The notes beneath the pieces were generated by a model. It did no database searches. It had not been told where the DNA came from and saw only the letters and a program-made list of their open reading frames with translations. The translations under genes and the position numbers were made by a program. This document shows positions 24,631 through 41,240 of a stretch of DNA of 64,000 nt, piece by piece (the stretch's first letter is position 1; each line of letters begins with the position of its first letter). The stretch lies in assembly GCF_009914755.1 (NCBI RefSeq), contig NC_060926.1, one strand, 5' to 3'. The stretch is from the human T2T-CHM13v2.0 reference genome, Homo sapiens.

Positions 24631-27060
24631 CTAATGGAACTCCCTTCTCACAAAGGAAACCACAGGGGTAGAGAAAAAATATTCCCCACTAACATTGTGA
24701 TCATACTAAATGTATCAGTTCTTAACATGCATTTCTACTCATAATAAACATCTGCCCACATTCAGAAATATACGTCTATACCAGTATTTTTAGTACCTGC
24801 ATAATGTACCATTACATACAGAGTGGCCACAAAGTCCCAAAACAAGCTAGAGAAAAGTTATCAGCAAACTGGTTCTAAATCCATTAGGTACTCAATCTGT
24901 CTTCTTTGTTATACTTATTGGTATCTTTCATATTGGTGACTCACATAGACTAAATATAAAATAATTAGGAAGGCAGGATTTTGTGCATAGTCCTTTCTAA
25001 AGATGTTTCATAGCATTTTTTTGTTTAGCATCTGTCTTTGCCACAACCTTTCACCACATTCCACCCCCAGAATGAATGTAACCATCATGGCACGAATTTT
25101 TGTTTGTTTTGTTCACTATTATTATTCTTAGTACATAAACAGTATTTAGGGCACGAAGTAGGTGCTCCATAAATATTTGTTTCATGAGTGAATGAATGAT
25201 GTTGGTTGCTCCTCCACATCCCATTAGCCTGGTACAATGTGTAAGGTGGGAAACAACAGCAGAGCTTTTGAGTACACGAACTAAAAGGGCTTTAACTCTG
25301 ATGCCCATCTGTGGACATAGTTTGGCTGATGTGTGCAAAGTTCTGGACCAACCAAAGCTTCACTGCTGAGCATACAAATATTCAACGGGCTACATAGGAT
25401 CAAACTTCAATAGCAACACCACATGGCAACAAAACGTAACAGCACTAGTGAGCTTATGAAGTTCTAGTTCTCCTCTTGTTTACTGAAGAGAAGTAACTCT
25501 CCGTTTGGGAGTCTCAACAAGGAGACAGGGTAAGTGGGGAAGGCAATGCTTCAAAAGCTTCTTAGATAGGTAACTAACTTTATATACTGAGTCTGAAAAG
25601 CAAATCATATATATTACAGCTTCATGCTAATCTTTCCTGTTTGTTTATGATGCAGTTTTTGCTATAACAGAATCTACCATTTTTCTTTTTATAGTGTCAT
25701 TTAGCATACTGTTTGAATTACCTGAAGATTAAATATCTACCCACATTCTTTTCTGTATATTATTCCCCTTTCACATGTAAATCTTTAATGTATTTAGAAC
25801 TTCATTTAGTGTATCTGGAACCTCACACGTGGTGTGAGGCAGGAACAGAAAAATATTTTTACGAATTTTTTGTCAGTTCTATTATTTAAGAATCTATCCT
25901 TTCTTCACTGATTTGAGGAGCCAGTATCATCAATTATCAAATTTTATGAGTATGGATATGTATGAGTACAAAGACACACACATAATCACGTGAATCTGAT
26001 TTTAGACCATCTAATAACCTACCTAGTCCAGCTAGAACTCAACTTTTCATGATATTTTTCCAATTCTGGTCATGTAATACATTAAATATGAAGCCTATCT
26101 CATGCCTTCTAAAGCCGCCCAACAATTTTTAAAATATCTAATTAGACTATTGTTTATTTAATTTCCATAGAAAATGGGAAATTCCTGATTTGAATACTCT
26201 ATCAAGCATAGTTTAGTCTCTACAAATATAAGACTCACAATTACTCTTTTTAAAAATATAAAATCTGAAGACTTCATAATGGCCTGCCAAAAAGGACTTT
26301 GTTTTTCAAGGGAGCTAAATAACATTTAAATTATGCACTTAGGAGTATTTTAAACCCCTGGAAAATTTTAAATATTATAATTAAGAAACCATTCTTTTAT
26401 AGCATGTCACTTTGCCCAGTGTTGGGGCCCTATATCACATTATTCTGTGTCAAACGCATAGAGAGGTAGAAAATTAAAAGAGCCCTCCTGGGGCCTAAAT
26501 GCTAAATCGCCGGCATTTGGTGGGTGTAAGTCATAACATTTCATCACCAGGCTTTGATTACTGTATAAAAAGAGCCTCAAATACAATGTGAAATAGCTTA
26601 GAAAGATTCTAACAATATGATAAAGAATAATTCCATCAATATCTACCTACAAGGAACAAAAAGGCTCCCCCCCTTACAGTCATTATGTTCAAAGTACAGC
26701 TTTAAAAAGAATCTAGCTCTACCCATAAAACTTTTAATAAAATAGGCTCTATCAGTAATAAAAAACTTAACTACATAAAATAAGAATGCTGCAAGAAAAC
26801 TTTAAAGCTCCTCCTATTATGTTTGCAAATAAAAATTCATGACTAGTCTTCTGCTTCCAAACATGATAGAATATCTGGTACCAGACTTGCGATCCTACCA
26901 AAAACAATGATAAAACAGGCCAAAATCAATGAGGCAACTGTTTTCAGGGAATGAATAGCAGGCAGAGCAGGTCCCAGATCTTTGAGGGAAGGGAAATATG
27001 TAGTGAGCCTCACGATGGCCTCAGCTTTCTGCCTTGGAATACTTTCCCATCCAGCACAAG

Positions 27061-27120
27061 GAGGACTAGCCCAAGTAGAAGAGGACTAGCCCAAGTAGAG
27101 AAGGACTAGCCCAAGAAGAG
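27061..27120 (+). repeat. 3 x 20-bp tandem repeat (GAGGACTAGCCCAAGTAGAR)
   Basis: Directly visible. Confidence 0.9.
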
Positions 27121-27282
27121 CGAGAGATGGCGACCAGGTTTCTAAGCACAGTGATTAACCAGAGGCCCTTGGCCAAAGGCTGGGCTACACAAACACACTT
27201 GAGATGAGTCTCTATGGGGTCTAGCAGAGATTACCTGCTATGGGGCTGAAAGGTCAAGCAGCACTGGGAGTCATCCTCCCTA

Positions 27283-27672
27283 TTATGCATGGAATGTTTG
27301 TGTTCCTCCCAAAATTCTTATGTTGAAGCCGTAATCCCCAGTGTGGCTGTATTTGCAGATGAGGCCTCTAAGGAAGTAATTGTTGTTAAATGAGGACAAA
27401 AGGATGGGACCCTGATCCAATAGGATTAGTGTCCTTTTAAGAAGATACACCAGAGAGCTAGCACTCTCTTTGTGTACACACAGCAAGGAAAAGCCATATG
27501 AGGGCACAGCAATAAGGGGGCTGTATATAACCCAAGGGGTGAGCTCTAACCAGACAGCACCTCTGCTGGCACTTTGATCTTGGACTTGCAGGCCCCAGAA
27601 CTGTGAGAAAATAAATTTCTGTTGCATAAGCTACCTAGTCTATGGTATTGTTATGGCAGCCCAAGCAGGCTC
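27283..27672 (+). mobile_element. MaLR LTR (MLT1A-like)
   Basis: GAATGTTTGTGTTCCTCCCAAAATTCTTATGTTGAAG...CCCCAGAACTGTGAGAAAATAAATTTCTGTTG...TTATGGCAGCCC. Confidence 0.8.
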
Positions 27673-28608
27673 ATTAACACTGTCCAAACAAAGCAAGAGA
27701 ACACTTCATGCATTTAGTTGAAAATCCAAAAAGGGCACACCTTAGGAGGAAAAGCCCTCTAGAATTTAGTTCAAAACCAAAATAGGCCTCCCTCACAAAG
27801 AATAAAACCAAGCCTGTCAAAACGTAAAAGATCCCCCCAATAATATTACAACCTGACAGAACAAAACTCAACACCATTTAAAGGAAGACAATGTAATTTA
27901 GCCTCCCTACAAAGAATAATCACAATGTCCACCATAATATAAAAAATTACTAAATAAGCAAACAAGTGTCCCAAAATCAAGATTAGTCAATAAAAATAGA
28001 TGTCAGCATAACCCAAATGTTAGATTTGGCAAGAAAGAACTTTAGAGACATTATTATATTTTCAAGAATGCAAACATTGGTGAATGCTCAGCAGAGAAAT
28101 GAAAACTATAAAAATGGAATGTCTGAACTGAAAAGTACAATATCTCAATTTAAAAAGTCATTAAATGGGCTGGGTGTGGTGGCTTATACCTGTAATCCCA
28201 GCACTTTGGGAAGCCAAGGGGGGTGGATCACGAGGTCAAGAGATCCGAGACCATCTGGCCAACATGGTGAAGCCCCGTTTCCACTAAAAATACAAAAAAT
28301 TAGCTGGGTGTGGTGGTGGGCGTCTATAGTCCCAGCTACTCAGGAGGCTGAGGCAGGAGAATCACTTGAACCTAGGAAGCGGAGGTTGCAGTGAGCCAAG
28401 ATTACATCACTACACTCCAACCTGGGCGACAGAGCAAGATTCCATCTCAAAAAAAAAATAATAATAATTGTAATACCCGATCACGTGGAAACTTAACAAT
28501 CAGGACATGTGGATAATTTAGAGTAAACAGAAGGCAACATAAAAATGTATTATGATTAAGATATTACATATTAATACCTTTGGACATGACTAAAGCAATT
28601 TAGAACTT

Positions 28609-28952
28609 TGTCTTAGTCTGTTTTACACTGCTATTGAACAGAATACCTGAAACTGGGTAGTTCGTAAAGAACAGAAATTTATTTCTCACAGTTCTGGAGG
28701 CTGGAAAATCGAAGATCAAAGCACTGGCATCTGGTCAGGGCCTTCTTACTGTGTCCTTACATGGCAGAAGGTAGAAGGACAAGGGAGAGTGAACCCACCC
28801 CTGTAAGCCCTTTTTATTGCAGCATTAATCCATTCACGAAGGAGGTACTCTCATGACGTAAACACTTCCCAAAAGTCCCCATCCCCCAATACTGTTGCAT
28901 TGGGGACTGTCTCCAACTCGTAAATTTTGGGGGATACATTCTGACCATAGCA
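28609..28952 (-). mobile_element. MaLR LTR (MST/MLT1A-like)
   Basis: TGTCTTAGTCTGTTTT...TTTATTTCTCACAGTTCTGGAGGCTGG...TTTTGGGGGATACATTCTGACCATAGCA. Confidence 0.8.
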
Positions 28953-29065
28953 ATCTTAGGAAAAAAAATTGCCTTTTATCTATTAATAGGAGGAAAAAAA
29001 ACCTCAATTGCTTCTACACCTTAAAATTGCAGTATAAGAACCAAGAAAAGCTAGCCAAAAAAAAA

Positions 29066-29067
<2 letters not shown>

Positions 29068-29122
<55 letters not shown>

Positions 29123-29131
29123 GATATATAT
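29068..29131. repeat. (TA)n/(CA)n microsatellite
   Basis: Directly visible. Confidence 0.95.
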
Positions 29132-29711
29132 AATTTTTTTTCTAAAGCAGAAACAAGAAGCTGGGCACCATGGTGGTGCACACCTGTAGTCCCCACTACT
29201 TGAGAGGCTGGGGTGGGAGGATTCCTTGTGCCCAGGAGTTTAAAGCTGCAGTAAGCTATGATCAAGCCACTACACTCCACCCACACCCTGGGTGACAGGG
29301 TGAAACACTTGTCTCTAAAACAAAAAAAGAAAAGAAAAAGGAAAAAGAAAAAAACCAGAAAATGAAAAACAAGTAAATGAGTAGAATTAATTTGCATACA
29401 TTGCAGGAAACCACAATGATAGCTTTTACTAAAGATAGAAACATTCTTTCTTTGGACTAATTCATTAAAAAACTAAATTCTTCAAAAATGTAGAAAAGCC
29501 ACTTTTTTTCTAGTCTATGAATAAATTGTATATATTTAGACTATTAAAATCATTATATAGAGCCTAATCCTCTATCATCTCCTGAGCGTCCCTCATGAGT
29601 GATCACTTCTGAGTCCTCCCGCATGGAGAGCTCACCCACTGGGGGCATATTTTTCCCATTGGAAAAGTATGGTTATTGAAAGTTTTCCTCGTTTTTAAAA
29701 GAACAGGATTG

Positions 29712-31519
29712 CTCCCTCTCCCTCTCCCTCTCCCCACAGTCTCCCTCTCCCTCTCTTTCCACGGTCTCCCTCTGATGACGAGCCAAAGCTGGACTGTACT
29801 GCCGCCATCTCTGCTCACTGCAACCTCCCTGCCTCATTCTCCTGCCTCAGCCTGCCCAGTGCCTGCGATTGCAGGCGCGCGCCGCCACGCCTGACTGGTT
29901 TTCCTATTTTTTTGGTGGAGACGGGGTTTCGCTGTGTTGGCCAGGCTGGTCTCCAGCTCCTAACCGCGAGTGATCTGCCAGCCTCGGCCTCCCGAGGTGC
30001 CGGGATTGCAGACGGAGGCTCCTTCACTCAGTGCTCAATGGTGCCCAGGCTGGAGTGCAGTGGCGTGATCTCGGCTGGCTACAACCTCCACCTCCCAGCC
30101 GCCTGCCTTGGCCTCCCAAAGTGCCAAGATTGCAGCCTCTGCCCGGCCGCCACCCCGTCGGGGAAGTGAGGAGCGTCTCTGCCTGGCCGCCCATCATCTG
30201 GGATGTGAGGAGCCCCTCCGCCTGGCTGCCCAGTCTGGAAAGTGAGGAGCGTCTCTGCCCGGCCGCCATCCCATCTAGGAAGTGAGGAGCGCCTCTTCCT
30301 GGCCGCCATCCCATCTAGGAAGTGAGGAGCGTCTCTGCCTGGCCGCCCATCGTCTGAGATGTGGGGAGCGCCTCTGCCCTGCCACCCCGTCTGGGATGTG
30401 AGGAGCGTCTCTGCCCGGCCGCCCCATCTCAGAAGTGAGGAGACCCTCTGCCTGGCAACCGCCCCGTCTGAGAAGTGAGGAGCCCCTCCGCCCGGCAGCC
30501 GCCCCGTCTGAGAAGTGAGGAGCCCCTCCGCCCGGCAGCCACCGCGTCCAGGAGGGAGGTGGGGGTCAGCCCCCGCCAGGCCAGCCGCTCCGTCCAGGAG
30601 GGAGGTGGGGGGTCAGCCCCACCCAGGCCAGCCGCCCCGTCCGGGAGGGCGGTGGGGGTCAGCCCCCCGCCCGGCCAGCCACCCCATCTGGGAGGGAGGT
30701 GGGGGGGTCAGCCCCCCGCCTGGCCAGCTGCCCCATCCGGGAGGTGAGGGGCGCCTCTGCCCGGCCGCCCCTACCGGGAAGTGAGGAGCCCCTCTGCCCG
30801 GCCAGCCGCCCCGTCCGGGAAGGTGGTGGGGGGGTCAGCCCCCCACCCAGCCAGCCGCCCCGTCCGGGAGGGAGGTGGGGGGGTCAGCCCCCCGCCTGGC
30901 CAGCCGCCCCATCCGGGAGGTGAGGGGCGCCTCTGCCCGGCCGCCCCTACTGGGAAGTGAGGAGCCCCTCTGCCCGGCCACCACCCCGTCTGGGAGGTGT
31001 ACCCAACAGCTCATTGAGAGTGGGCCATGATGACGGTGGCGGTTTTGTGGAATAGAAGGGGGGGAAAGGTGGGGAAAAGATTGAGAAATCGGATGGTTGC
31101 CGTGTCTGTGTAGAAAGAGGTAGACATGGGAGACTTTACATTTTGTTCTGTACTAAGAAAAATTCTTCTGCCTTGGGATCCTGTTGATCTGTGACCTTAC
31201 CCCCAACCCTGTGCTCTCTGAAACATGTGCTGTGTCCACTCAGGGTTGAATGGATTAAGGGCAGTGCAAGATGTGCTTTGCTAAACAGATGCTTGAAGGC
31301 AGCATGCTCCTTAAGAGTCATCACCACTCCCTAATCTCAAGTACCCAGGGACACAAACACTGCGGAAGGCTGCAGGGTCCTCTGCCTAGGAAAACCAGAG
31401 ACCTTTGTTCACTTGTTTATCTGCTGACCTTCCCTCCACTATTGTCCTGTGACCCTGCCAAATCCCCCTCTGCGAGAAACACCCAAGAATGATCAATAAA
31501 AAAAAAAAAAAAAAAAAAA
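29712..31519 (+). mobile_element. SVA retrotransposon (SVA_D-like), full length, antisense in STAM2 intron 1
   Basis: CCCTCT hexamers from 29712, antisense Alu-like domain, GC-rich VNTR (~30130-30990), SINE-R ending ACCCAAGAATGATCAATAAA, poly(A) to 31519. Confidence 0.97.
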
Positions 31520-31843
31520 CATTATATATACTTACTAGGTTTCTAGACTACACAATTCTTGTGTAGTGAAATTTAGATTAAAATATTTAAATGCCCAATA
31601 CCTCAACCTGATAGACTGTAAATAATTCTACTCCTTCTCTCCCTTAAATGACAATGACTCTATTTAGCATTTTATAGTTAAACTTAGGTTTACCATAAAT
31701 TTTCTCACTTAATTTTCCACCCCATTTAATGTTCTGTTTGGGTTAATGTTTATCGATGCAAATCTTTACCCTGGGGAAAGCAGCAATACACATAGTTCTT
31801 AAAAATACATTCTGCATACCATTTTTTTTTCTTTTTTTTTTGA

Positions 31844-32062
<219 letters not shown>

Positions 32063-32630
32063 TGATCCACTCATCTTGGCCTCCCAAAGTGCTGGGATTA
32101 CAGGTGTGAACCACTGTGCCCAGCCCAATCTGCATGCCTTCTAAAATGAAAACCTACTTACAGCTCTGAGTACTGAATGACAGATAGCAATTTAATTAAA
32201 AACAATAATAGCAATTAAGCAATAACTCCTGAGCATTTTACATAAGCTAAATCACTTGCTCCTCAATCAAATGAAGGATCCCCATAAGTGGGGACTGGGC
32301 CCGGTGGCTCACAGCTGTAATCCTAGCACTTTGGGAGGCCAAGGCAGGAGGATCACTTGAGAGTCCAGGAGTTCAAGACCAGCCTGGGCAACATAGTGAG
32401 ATCCCTCACCTCTTAAAAAAAAAAATTGAAATAGTAGTCTGGTACGGTGATGCGCACCTGTAGTTCTAGGTACTCAGAAGGCTGAGGCAGGAGAATACAT
32501 GAGCCCAGGAGTTTGAGGTTACAGTGAGCTATGATTGTGCCACTGTACTCCAGCCTGGGCTGGGTTATTTTACAACTTTGCATATAAAATAAATAAATAA
32601 AAATAAAAACTATATAAATGGGGAAGCTGA

Positions 32631-32783
<153 letters not shown>

Positions 32784-33153
32784 TAGGCGCACGCCACCAT
32801 GCCTGGGTAATTTTTTTTTTTTTTTAATTTTTGTATTTTTAGTAGAGACAAGGTTTCACCATGTTGGTCACACTGGTTTCGAACTCCTCCTGACCTCAGG
32901 TGATCTGCCCGCCTCAGCCTCCCAAAGTGCTGGGATTACAGGCATGAGCCACTGTGCCTGGTCCAGAAAATTATTAAATAACTAGCACAAGGTTATACAG
33001 CTAGTAAGCAATAAAATAGATTTCAATTTGTGCCATCTGGCTCAGGGTGTGTGCTCCAGGTTCAAATCACTATATTAAACTGCCTCTTGAGAGGAATTTT
33101 TGTTCAAAATTGCCAAATTAACATAGTTTTTCTGTTTCCCTATGTATATACAT

Positions 33154-34261
33154 TGTTGCAAGAAGTCAGGGACCCAGAACGAATGGAGGGACTGGCTGGA
33201 GCCGTAGCAGAGGAACATAAATTGTGAAGATTTCATGGATATTTATCAGCTCCCAAAATTAATACTTTTATCATTTCTTATGACTGTCTTTACTGCAATC
33301 TCTGAACATAAATTATGAAGATTTCATGGACATTTATCAGTTCCCAAATAATACTCTTATAATTTCTTATGCCTGTCTTTAATTTCTTAATCCTGTTATC
33401 TTCGTAAGCTGAGAATGTATGTCAACTCAAGACCCTGTGATGATTGCATTAACTGTACAAATTGATTGTAAAAGACGTGTGTTTGAATAATAAGAAATCT
33501 GATTGTAAAACACGTGTGTTTGAACAATATGAAATTGGTGCACCTTAAAAAAGAACAGAATAACAGTGATTTTAGGGAACAAGAGAAGATAACCATAAGG
33601 TCTGACTGCCTGCGGGTTAGGGCAAAAAGAGCCATATTTTTCTTCTTGCAGAGAGTCTATAAACAGATGTGCAAGTAGGAGAGATATTGCTAAATTCTTC
33701 TTCTAGCAAGGAATACTAAATATTAAGACCCTAGGAAAAGAATTGCATTCCTGGGAAGAGGTCTATAAACGGCCGCTCTGGGAGTGTGTGTCTTATGCGG
33801 TTGAGATAAGGACTGAAATACGCCCTGGTCTCCTGCAGTACCCTCAGGCTTACTAGGATTGGGAAACTCCAGCCTGGTAAATTTTGGTCAGACTGGTTCT
33901 CTGCTCTTGAACTCTGTTTTCTGTTAAGATGTTTATCAAGACAATATGTGCACAGCTGAACACAGACCCTCATCAGTAATTCTAATTCTGCCCTTTGCCT
34001 TGTGATCTTTATTGGCCTCAGAAGCATGTGATCTTTATGACCTACTCCCTGTTCGTACACCCCCTCCCCTTTTGAAATCCTTAATAAAAACTTGCTGATT
34101 TTGCGGCTCTGGTGGGGCATTACGGACCTACGGCCCGTAATGACCTGGTGGCCCAGCTGTAAAATTCTTCTCTTTGTACTCTTTCTCTCTATTTCTCAGA
34201 CTGGCCGACACTTAGGAAAAATAGAACCTATGTTGAAATATTGGAGGTGGGTTCCCCGATA
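33154..34261 (+). mobile_element. MER11 solo LTR (HERV-K11/HML-8)
   Basis: Starts TGTTGCAAGAAGTCAGGGACCC, ends GGTTCCCCGATA, ~1.1 kb, AATAAA near 34083, perfect 6-bp TSD ATACAT (33148-33153 and 34262-34267). Confidence 0.93.
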
Positions 34262-35269
34262 ATACATATCTTAAACACACTGAATAGGAAACATGCAAAT
34301 TCAACTCTCGTTTACAAGCAAAGAATCAGGCAGAATGCCATGATTAACTTTTTTTTTTTTTTTTTGAGATGCAGTTTCACTCTTGTTGCCCAGGCTGGAG
34401 TGCAATGGCACGATCTTGGCTCAATGCAAACCTCTGCCTCCCGAGTTCAAACGACTCTCCTGCCTCAGCCTCTTGAGTAGCCGGGATTACAGGCATGCGC
34501 CACCACGCCGGGCTAATTTTGTATTTTTAGTAGGGACAGGGTTTTTCCATGTTGGTCAGGCTGGTCTCAAATTCCCGACCTCAGGTGATCTGCCCACCTT
34601 GGCCTCCCAAACTGCTGGGATTAAAAGCGTGAGCCACTGCGCCCAGCTGATTAACTCCATTTACTAAACCATATAATAATACAATATATTTAAGAGCTGC
34701 TTCCTCTGATGGAATACAGATCAGTCATTGCCATTCTATTCATTTCTCATGTCACCACCAACATTTCTGGGGCGACTAGGAGGAGTTGAGAGAATTGAGC
34801 ATAAGGGGAGCCAGGACGAAAAGAAGGGGGAAAAACACATAAAAATTACCTTTTACTGTCCTTTAATATTTTAAACCATCTATTAAAAAGGCAAAAATCC
34901 TGGGGCCAGCCTTTATTTTCCTACAAGTTCACTTTCTTCTTGGCTGATATTTCCAAAATACCCTCTGTAATCCTGTTAGGTGAGAACCACGTCCCCCTAA
35001 CTCCACAAAACGAGCACACTCATTTACACACACCCTTACTCAGGAGACAGGGCAGAAGCATACATGTTATAATTTCCATTGTAATAGGCCTATTAGGAAG
35101 CATAATGTGCTAGACATTTTCTAGTGGCTGGGATAAAGGAAAAATGAGTCGGTCGGGCGCGGTGGCTCATGCCTGTAATCCCAGCACTTTGGGAGGCCGA
35201 GGCGGGCAGATCATGAGGTCAGGAGATCAAGACGAGCCTGGCTAACACAGCGAAACCTCGTCTCTATTA

Positions 35270-35526
<257 letters not shown>

Positions 35527-36293
35527 TTACCTCTGCAGACTGAGAAAACCATTATGCACACTCTGTATGCACCTGTGGAGTACTGTCAGGCTTCAGGGGG
35601 GTGGCGCGGGATACACATCACCAATAAAACAACGAGGACCTGCCTTGCCTACATCCATCTCTGAAGCTTTCTTACTAGCTTATAAGCTTTGGAGTAGTTC
35701 ACCTCCATTCTGACTCAAACCCAAATCCATGTTCTCATTTGTCAAATGGAGATTAAAATAGCTGCCGTGCTTAAAAGAGTTGTGAAAATTAAGTGAAAAG
35801 AAAAATGGACAAAATATTTAAACAAGTAGTACTTTGAAAAAGAGAACATTCATTTAGCAAATAAATATATTTAAACGTGCCCAAAATCAAGAGTTATCAA
35901 GTAAATGCACATTAAAACTACAATGAAGGCCGGGCACAGTGGCTTATGCCTGTAACTCCAGCACTTCGGGAGGTCAAGGCGGGCGGATTACATAAGGCCA
36001 GGAGTTGCAGACCAGCCTGGCCAACACAGCGAAACTCTGTCTCTACTGAAAATACAAAAACTAGCCAGGCATGGTGGTGCACATCTGTAGTCCCAGATTG
36101 AACCTGGGAGGTGGAGGGTGCAGTGAGCCCAGATCACGCCACTGCATTCCAGGCTGGGGGGCAGAGCAAGGCTCTGTCTCAAAAACAACAACAACGACAA
36201 AGCCCACAATGACATACCCACTAGAATAGCTAAAAATTTTAAGACTACATCATCATGTAGTGACAAATTTCTGACATAAAACTGGAGTAATAT

Positions 36294-36504
36294 GACAAAA
36301 TGAAAAATCAAGGCAGGGGAAGAAGAGGAGTGGTCAGATTCAGAGACAAAAAACAACCAAGGAGGAAAAAAATAACAAGAGATAAAGAAATGATATATCC
36401 TTAAGTTTTATTTTGATATCTGGGTGATAGATGGTTAGAACTGATAGTTGTCAAGTAACCAGAGTTTGATATCCTACCCTACATACATATATACACAGCC
36501 TATT
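36294..36504 (+). repeat. Copy 1 of a ~210-bp dispersed direct duplication
   Basis: Aligns end to end with 37960-38170. Confidence 0.92.
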
Positions 36505-37600
36505 CTTAACACCTATAAGCAGGTGGCCACTTCAGAATGTCAATAATTTTCAGGGGACAATGGCCATTCCCAGATATCTGCCACAATGACCTTCTTAGGT
36601 TCAATCTCTCCATTAAATATAAAGGTTTATTCATTATCAGGTAACTTAACAGAACCTAATAAGGTATTAATGTTTGAAAAAAAAAAAGTTCTTCCCCTTC
36701 AACCCTCCACCTCAAGGACTTAGTACTGCTGGGGACAAACCAAAACACTGCACATGCTAGATTTCTTTAAGCAGATCTTTTTTTAGAAGAGAAGGTTAAG
36801 ATAATTCATCCCATGACAAATGAAAGTAAAAGCTGCTGCTCCAGATAAGAATAAAAAAAACTTTTAGTACAAATGAGAAGTAAAATTCTGAGTCACTACA
36901 ATTCTCATATTGCAAATGAAAATAAGCAAGTGCTTACTAAGGGTACGTTTACCGACCAAGAAAATAGTTTGCGAGTTTTCAGATACAATAACAATTTCAC
37001 TGAATAACAGATTTTTCATCCAACTGCTATCATTTAAAAATTACACTAAATATGAGGGAGACTGTACATAATAAAATTTTTTAAATCCTTCATCATTTCC
37101 CTTCATGCTTTTTTTAAATATGAGATTAAACACAGTTCTGAGCTTGCATTAAAAGTCAGTAAGAACTGGAACTACTTCACAAGACACTTCATTTTCAACA
37201 TTTCTTAACTGGAGGAAACTAAAGAAAGGCCTCCCTGAAGGCAACAGAGATCGCCATAACAGGTCTCCATGGTGAAGAACTGTAAATGTTCCACAAGGTG
37301 CTATAGGGACAGAGAGGTGCTTGTCCTTTAAGCATAGCAGCCACAGACCCATTAAGAAAATAACGCTAAAGGAAGTCTAAAAGCTGGGAGCAACACTTAC
37401 TACACCAAAAAAGATAGCAGATGCCAATAAGTCAATGTGAAACTTAATCCTAAAAAACAAAGGATGAGGGAAAAGAATGTTTCAACAATACCAAAATGCC
37501 TCAGGAACTAATATCCTTCTCACCCATGGTGTTGGACAAATATTGCCAATTAGCTGATATTTTTATAACAGGAAAAAGACTGTAAGCAAAAACACTTTTA

Positions 37601-37950
<350 letters not shown>

Positions 37951-37959
37951 TTAACTTAA

Positions 37960-38327
<368 letters not shown>

Positions 38328-38789
38328 TAATTTTTGTATTTTTAGTAAAGATGGGGTGTCACCATGTTGGTCAGGCTGGTCTCGAACTCCTGACCTTGTA
38401 ATCCGCCCACCTCGACCTCCCAAAGTGCTGGGATTATAGGCATGAGCCACCGCGCCCAGCCACAAGGCCTATTACACGCAACACCTCTGAGGTCCTTTAT
38501 TTAAACAAAAGCCATGCTACAGACACATCCACCTAACTACACTGCTATAGTATTATGTTGTATATTCACTGGCAGAAAATCATTCTCTTCTTGACTTACT
38601 TACAAATTATACATAAGCTTATCATTAAATGTTATTAAGGAATAAAAATATATTTTAAACCATCAATATCAGCTGATGTGAAACAAAAATAAAATTATAA
38701 TGTCTTTTCTCTTACATCCTAAAAACCTACAAGAAATTCCCTTGTATAATGATTTTAACCAATCTGTCATATAATCCATTTGAAATGCC

Positions 38790-41240
<2,451 letters not shown>

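Larger units (their letters stand above)
26847..28600 (+). mobile_element. Old L1M 5'/ORF1-like fragments hosting an MLT1 LTR and an Alu
   Basis: A-rich L1-like text (CAAATGTTAGATTTGGCAAGAAAGAACTTTAGAG, GAACTGAAAAGTACAATATCT). Approximate. Confidence 0.55.

Noticed and set aside
27061-27120. 3 x 20-bp tandem repeat as a functional array
   Set aside because: Short slippage-type duplication within an old L1-like fragment.
29603-31492. GC-rich Pro/Arg/Gly ORFs and tandem ~40-bp units that superficially resemble a CRISPR array or a second CpG-island gene
   Set aside because: They are the SVA VNTR, Alu-like and SINE-R domains; there are no unique spacers and the context is eukaryotic.
33205-33540. 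Internal direct repeats (GAACATAAATTRTGAAGATTTCATGGA twice; GATTGTAAAA...GTGTGTTTGAA twice)
   Set aside because: Intrinsic to the MER11 LTR structure.
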